Both the position numbers and the translations under genes were made by a program. The notes under the pieces are model-generated. The model was not told the DNA's origin, did not search any database, and saw only the letters and a program-made list of their open reading frames with translations. Source: Alphaproteobacteria bacterium (lineage in GTDB: Bacteria; Pseudomonadota; Alphaproteobacteria; UBA7887). Taken from it: 64,000 bases of DNA. The stretch is taken from positions 4,640,001 through 4,704,000 of the forward strand of contig CBDCGL010000011.1 in the NCBI GenBank assembly GCA_965216755.1, in the 5' to 3' direction. This document shows positions 59,775 to 64,000 of this stretch, piece by piece. Numbering within the stretch: position 1 is the first letter of the stretch; each line of letters starts with the position of its first letter.

Positions 59775-60581
59775 CTATGTCTCTCGCCCGAAACTCAATT
59801 GGCGGATGAGTTCCCGATAGAGGTTCATAAGCTGTGGTCGCGTCAAATCGCGTGGTGCGTGACCCGGTATCGCTGTCGCGGGACTGACGACTGCCGGCGC
59901 GCCATACATGACATGGACAATATCGCCGACTCGAAGGGCTTCAAATGGGTCATGTGTAACCAGCAGCACCGTTTTGTCCCGAAATAAGGAAACCGCCAGC
60001 TCCTGGAGTTTTGTGCGTGTGATCGCATCGATGGATGAAAACGGCTCATCCATAAGAACGATGGGCCGCCCTTCCATCAGGGTCCGTGCGAGCGCCACGC
60101 GCTGACGCATGCCGCCAGACATTGTGGCCGGCATGCGATCGATGTCGTCTGCGAGCCCAACGTCGGACAAGAGCTTTCGGGCTCGCTCTGGTTCTGGTGT
60201 CTCGCCGCGGAGTCGGGAACCGAGCATGACATTGCCCAGGCCGTCGAGCCACGGCAACAGAAGATCGGATTGCGCCATATAGGCGGCCCGACCGGCCACA
60301 GGAAGCCCATCATCGCATGAGACCGCGCCCTGACTGCCCTTTTCAAGATCCGCAATGACACGAAGCAGAGTCGATTTGCCGACGCCCGATGGCCCCAGCA
60401 GACATGTCGTCTTCCCGCCCTGCAAGGTGAAAGATAGGTTGTCGAACAAAATCGCACCATCGAAAACGACATGTGCATTTTCGACAATGACGCTTGGCGA
60501 ATACCCGTGCGGAGGTTGCACGATCGGACCATGTCGTGGCGGCATAACGCCCTGGTGTATGCGTGTGGCGCTGGTCGTCAC
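59775..60581 (-). CDS. ABC transporter ATP-binding protein (ThiZ-like)
   Basis: GPSGVGKST, MSGGMRQR, LMDEPFS, VTHD. Confidence 0.9.
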   Translation of the reverse strand: MTTSATRIHQGVMPPRHGPIVQPPHGYSPSVIVENAHVVFDGAILFDNLSFTLQGGKTTCLLGPSGVGKSTLLRVIADLEKGSQGAVSCDDGLPVAGRAAYMAQSDLLLPWLDGLGNVMLGSRLRGETPEPERARKLLSDVGLADDIDRMPATMSGGMRQRVALARTLMEGRPIVLMDEPFSSIDAITRTKLQELAVSLFRDKTVLLVTHDPFEALRVGDIVHVMYGAPAVVSPATAIPGHAPRDLTRPQLMNLYRELIRQLSFGRET

Positions 60582-61492
60582 GACGCTTCAGCCGTTACCC
60601 CCAAAATCTCGGCGACCCGACGACCGTGCCAGCCAGCTTCCCTTTTACGCCAATAAAGATCGCGCATTTTCGTGCTCAAAGCGCCGGGGGCTCGATTTGA
60701 TAGGGATCGGTTGTCGACCCGGCGAATGGGGATGACGCCGCCGGCGGTCGAGCTGACAAATGCCTCGTCCGCGTTGCGCAGGTCGTCCGCGTGGTAGGCT
60801 CCCGGGGCCACGCGGATGCCAATTTCTTCGGCCAATTCAATCACAGAACGCCGGGTAATGCCGTGAAGGATATTCCGATCGGGCGTGCACAGGACGCCGT
60901 CGGAAACGAAGAATAGATTGAATCCGGGACCTTCGGCGAGTGTTCCGTCTTGTGTGCACAAGACGGTCGTGTCGGCGCCCACCGCCCGCGACTCGAAAAG
61001 GCCGCGAGTGAGGTCGCCCCAATGATAATTCTTGAAGCGTTGATCGACGGACGGATCGGGAATTCGCGGCGTCGCGGCGATCGCCAAATCGATGCCACGT
61101 TGGCAAATCTCGGGATCCAAAATCCATACATAGGGAACGGCGTAGGCGATGAATGTTGGTGTGGTCGCGGCAATATCGCGACGGGTCGGGTCGCGGAAAC
61201 GCCCGCGCGTGACGACCATGGCAACATAGGCATCGTCAAGTTCGCTTCGGTGCACGCATTCGGCCACGATGCGCGCGATTTGATCGTCATCGTAGGGGCA
61301 GGGCAAGTGAACCCCCTCGCACGACGCCCGAAATCGCGCGATGTGATCGGGCAGCCTAAAAAACAGGCCTTTCCAAACAGATGTCACGTCATAAACGGCA
61401 TCGCTGCGCGTGAAACCAAGGTCGAAAACCGATATTGTGGCATGCTCGGGCGGCTGAAACTCACCGTTCACAAATGCCATGCCTTTGTTCAC
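60578..61492 (-). CDS. PLP fold-type IV aminotransferase, (R)-amine transaminase-like
   Basis: DLGFTRSDAVYDV, YVAMVVTRG, KNYHWGDL, EGPGFN, LHGITR, STAGG. AGGAGG SD before GTG. Confidence 0.85.
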   Translation of the reverse strand: MNKGMAFVNGEFQPPEHATISVFDLGFTRSDAVYDVTSVWKGLFFRLPDHIARFRASCEGVHLPCPYDDDQIARIVAECVHRSELDDAYVAMVVTRGRFRDPTRRDIAATTPTFIAYAVPYVWILDPEICQRGIDLAIAATPRIPDPSVDQRFKNYHWGDLTRGLFESRAVGADTTVLCTQDGTLAEGPGFNLFFVSDGVLCTPDRNILHGITRRSVIELAEEIGIRVAPGAYHADDLRNADEAFVSSTAGGVIPIRRVDNRSLSNRAPGALSTKMRDLYWRKREAGWHGRRVAEILGVTAEAS

Positions 61493-61602
61493 GTCGGGCC
61501 TCCTTTTTTCGTCTTGCGATGATCTCGGGATCATCTTAGCGCAGTTCATTCCTGGAATTCTGCATGTTCCTGCGGTGTTCACGACGCCGTGCGCGCTGGC
61601 CC

Positions 61603-62940
61603 ATGCGTAGCAGCTCCGCGGTGCCGCTCTACCTCAGGGGTCCGGTTGGCCACGTGGTCCGCCGACCATGGTTCGACACGCTGTTGCTTAAGCTGATTTG
61701 TCACACCTATTTCCCATTGTCCCGCGCCTGGGCCGCAGCCTGCGCGGCCGAGGGTCATATGGATCGGTTTTGTCGGGCATTGCCAGGGACTGCACGGCAT
61801 CGCCGGTGTTTGAGGGCGTCATTGCGACGGGTTGAAAGCCACCGGCACGAGTATGAACGGGCCCTTGCAGATTGGCGCGCAGCATTTTTCGATGACGATA
61901 TGTCTGATGGAGCGCTTGGCACAATTGAGCGGCGACGCCACACCGCGGCTCATGCGTTCATGGCCACCCGTCGGATGTTCGTCCCATGGCTCCGACATTT
62001 GCCGGCGATTCGCTGGAACGTTGCGTCGCCAGAGTCGGTCGCCGCGAAACATGGCGCCCGGCTTGATGGCTGGGCGACAGCGTTTCCCCCTGTCTTGAAT
62101 CACAGAGTTGAGCAATCACGGGCGTTTGCGGGACACGGTTGGCGAACCAGCTGGCTGCGGTTTCGCGCGCCGGTCAGCGGCGATCATGTCAATGCCCGGG
62201 TTATGGAGCCGTTGAAAGCCTGTCGGGGCACGCTGATTCAGTTGCATGGCATCGCCATTGAACAAGAAATGTGGTGTGGGCTGGTTGGTACGAGTGAACA
62301 GGCGATCAGGCGAAAGCTGCGTGTCATCACGCCCGAGGGGCCTTGGCATGGCACACGTAGCCTGGCGGGTTGGTTTGGTGGCGAGCCCGTATTGGGGCTT
62401 GGGCCGATGGGAATGCTTGATTTTCTGCAAACCTGGGTGGCTGAAGTCGGTGTGTTGATAAACTGGGCGCGACGTCAGGGGGGACCGGTAGCCGTAAGCG
62501 GGATTAGCCTCGGCGCGTTGACCGCGCAGATCGTTGCTGGGGCGAGCATGAATTGGCCGCCTGAGCTCCGGCCGGACGGCGTGATGGTGGTCGCGACGAC
62601 CGGCGATACCTTGGCGCTGATGCACAACAGCCGTCTGTTGCGCGCGGTGGGATATTTCGAGGCGGTGTCGCGCGCCGGATGGCACGATGATTCGCTGGCA
62701 AAATGGCAAAGCCTGTTGCAGCCATCGTCCGACTTCGTCTATGCGCCGGAGCAGGTCGTGATGGTTCTCGGCACGCGAGACGAGGTGACGCCATACCTCG
62801 GCGGCGCGAGGTTGGCGCGACGCTGGGGCGTTGGCGCAGAGAACCTTTTCGAACGCCGGCAGGGGCATTTCGGCGCGTCGCTCGGCTTGTTGACCGAAGT
62901 TGAACCATTGGAACGATTTTGGCGCATCCTGGGCGTCTAA
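61603..62940 (+). CDS. Alpha/beta hydrolase-fold protein with long N-terminal extension
   Basis: LHG, GPWHG, GISLGA elbow, DEVTP, GH triad candidates. Start uncertain. Confidence 0.7.
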   Translation: MRSSSAVPLYLRGPVGHVVRRPWFDTLLLKLICHTYFPLSRAWAAACAAEGHMDRFCRALPGTARHRRCLRASLRRVESHRHEYERALADWRAAFFDDDMSDGALGTIERRRHTAAHAFMATRRMFVPWLRHLPAIRWNVASPESVAAKHGARLDGWATAFPPVLNHRVEQSRAFAGHGWRTSWLRFRAPVSGDHVNARVMEPLKACRGTLIQLHGIAIEQEMWCGLVGTSEQAIRRKLRVITPEGPWHGTRSLAGWFGGEPVLGLGPMGMLDFLQTWVAEVGVLINWARRQGGPVAVSGISLGALTAQIVAGASMNWPPELRPDGVMVVATTGDTLALMHNSRLLRAVGYFEAVSRAGWHDDSLAKWQSLLQPSSDFVYAPEQVVMVLGTRDEVTPYLGGARLARRWGVGAENLFERRQGHFGASLGLLTEVEPLERFWRILGV

Positions 62941-63079
62941 TCCGGCTCCGTCGGGGCGGGGCGCCGATGGCCAGCTTAGTTGGCTGATACCGTGTGCGCG
63001 CAGCGGACGGCGGAATTTCCCCTGCCGACCCACCGGGCTTAACGCCAGCTCGGCCCAATGCGGCGCAAACTTAAGTACG

Positions 63080-63302
63080 CTAGCAGTCTATCAGTTTTGG
63101 CTGTCTTGAGTTGATATTGGTGGTGTTACATCGCGTTCATGCGGCCTTGAGGCTTCGCAAACACTTATCAATTGTAGGCGAGAGCGACCAGCATCCATCC
63201 GGTTTTGATGTTTTCGAGGCTCCTGCGGTGGAAACGGGTAAAATCGATAACCAATTTGATAATACCGACGATAAGTTCGACGGAGCAATTTCGTTCTCGA
63301 TG
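63080..63302 (-). mobile_element. IS1182-family transposase C-terminal remnant with probable terminal repeat
   Basis: Translation HRERNCSVELIVGIIKLVIDFTRFHRRSLENIKTGWMLVALAYN* resembles the DDE_Tnp_1_6 tail (VEPVFGIIK...FTRF...LAYN). Ends in ...CTGATAGACTGCTAG. Confidence 0.75.
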
Positions 63303-63417
63303 TTATTCCTTAGCCTGTAAAGTGGTGGCGGATAACCATGGCGTGGTTCGCGAGACCGCCGCGGGTGGACTGGCTCGGCCGAAGAGCAACTCCGGGCGCC
63401 GACCGGGTTAGCGCCGG

Positions 63418-64000
63418 ATGAAACGAATCGTGATCATGGAGGACGAGCCTTCGATAAGGCGATTCATGACGACGGCCCTCACTCATGAGGGTTATCAAAT
63501 CTCCGAAGCTGGGGATGGGCGCGACGGTTTGGACCTCATTTCCAACCATCGCCCGGAACTGGTCCTTGTCGACTTGATGATGCCGCATATGGGTGGCGAC
63601 GCCGTTGTGGCAACGATGCGCTCGCATCGCGCGACACGACTGACCCCGATCATCGTTATTACCGCGCGCGATGACAGGGCGACACAACGTCGTCTGATGG
63701 AGATGGGGGCTGACGATTTCATCAGCAAACCCGTGACGGTCGAAGAGCTCATTGGCGCGGTGTCGGCGCAGCTCCGCAAGGCGCGTTGGCAGGTCGAGGA
63801 TCGGCGTCAAGGACGACGTGGCGTTGAATACACTTTCGGCGAATGGCGGTTCAATACCGTTGTGCGCCGGCTCACGGCACCGTCCGGCCAGCAGCACATT
63901 CTGCCCTTCTTTGAAGCGGAACTATTGAGAGCTTTGATCGAGCATCGCGGCGAGGTGATGAGCCGTGACGCACTATTCAGACGTATTGGGCGAACGCCGT
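63418..64000 (+). CDS. OmpR-family response regulator (truncated by window end, not in ORF track)
   Basis: MKRIVIMEDE..., LVLVDLMMP phospho-Asp, GADDFISKP, and the start of a winged helix (GEVMSRDALF). Confidence 0.9.
   Translation, partial: MKRIVIMEDEPSIRRFMTTALTHEGYQISEAGDGRDGLDLISNHRPELVLVDLMMPHMGGDAVVATMRSHRATRLTPIIVITARDDRATQRRLMEMGADDFISKPVTVEELIGAVSAQLRKARWQVEDRRQGRRGVEYTFGEWRFNTVVRRLTAPSGQQHILPFFEAELLRALIEHRGEVMSRDALFRRIGRTP

Noticed and set aside
61493-61602. TPP riboswitch ahead of the ThiXZ-like transporter operon
   Set aside because: No CTGAGA...CCTGA...GGGA core was recognised, and the intergenic space is short.
63310-63897. 195-aa minus-strand ORF
   Set aside because: Shadow of the plus-strand response regulator, which the track missed because it lacks a stop in the window.

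Overview
GC-rich chromosomal segment, most likely from an Alphaproteobacterium (Rhodospirillales-like, inferred from gene content and style), dominated by catabolic genes. It holds an N-acyl-D-amino-acid deacylase, a radical SAM/SPASM protein, an outer-membrane barrel, a GldA/F/G-like ABC system with a DUF4340 protein, and many acyl-CoA/beta-oxidation genes (PimF/B/C/D-like, ACAD11-like dehydrogenase, APH-type kinase). Also present are a haloalkane dehalogenase directly upstream of a three-subunit cobalt nitrile-hydratase/thiocyanate-hydrolase-like enzyme, Hsp20, a MoxR-VWA pair, a Tat-signal amidase, panB, typA, sugar-acid dehydratases, a stand-alone Panacea/SocA-like gene, a nine-gene Mrp Na+/H+ antiporter operon, an egtD/egtC/egtB-like cluster, an SBP-less ABC transporter, an (R)-amine-transaminase-like enzyme and a truncated OmpR-type regulator. 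Features absent from or not resolved by the ORF track include a 51-aa CxxC/CxxC protein, a frameshifted chemoreceptor remnant, a decayed IorAB-like molybdoenzyme operon, a perfect 26-bp inverted repeat element and an IS1182-like remnant. No rRNA, tRNA or CRISPR array was seen. I found no unambiguous new system. The best candidates are the dehalogenase plus hybrid NHase/SCNase-like operon and the atypical EgtB-like cluster. All family calls come from motif recognition without database searches.
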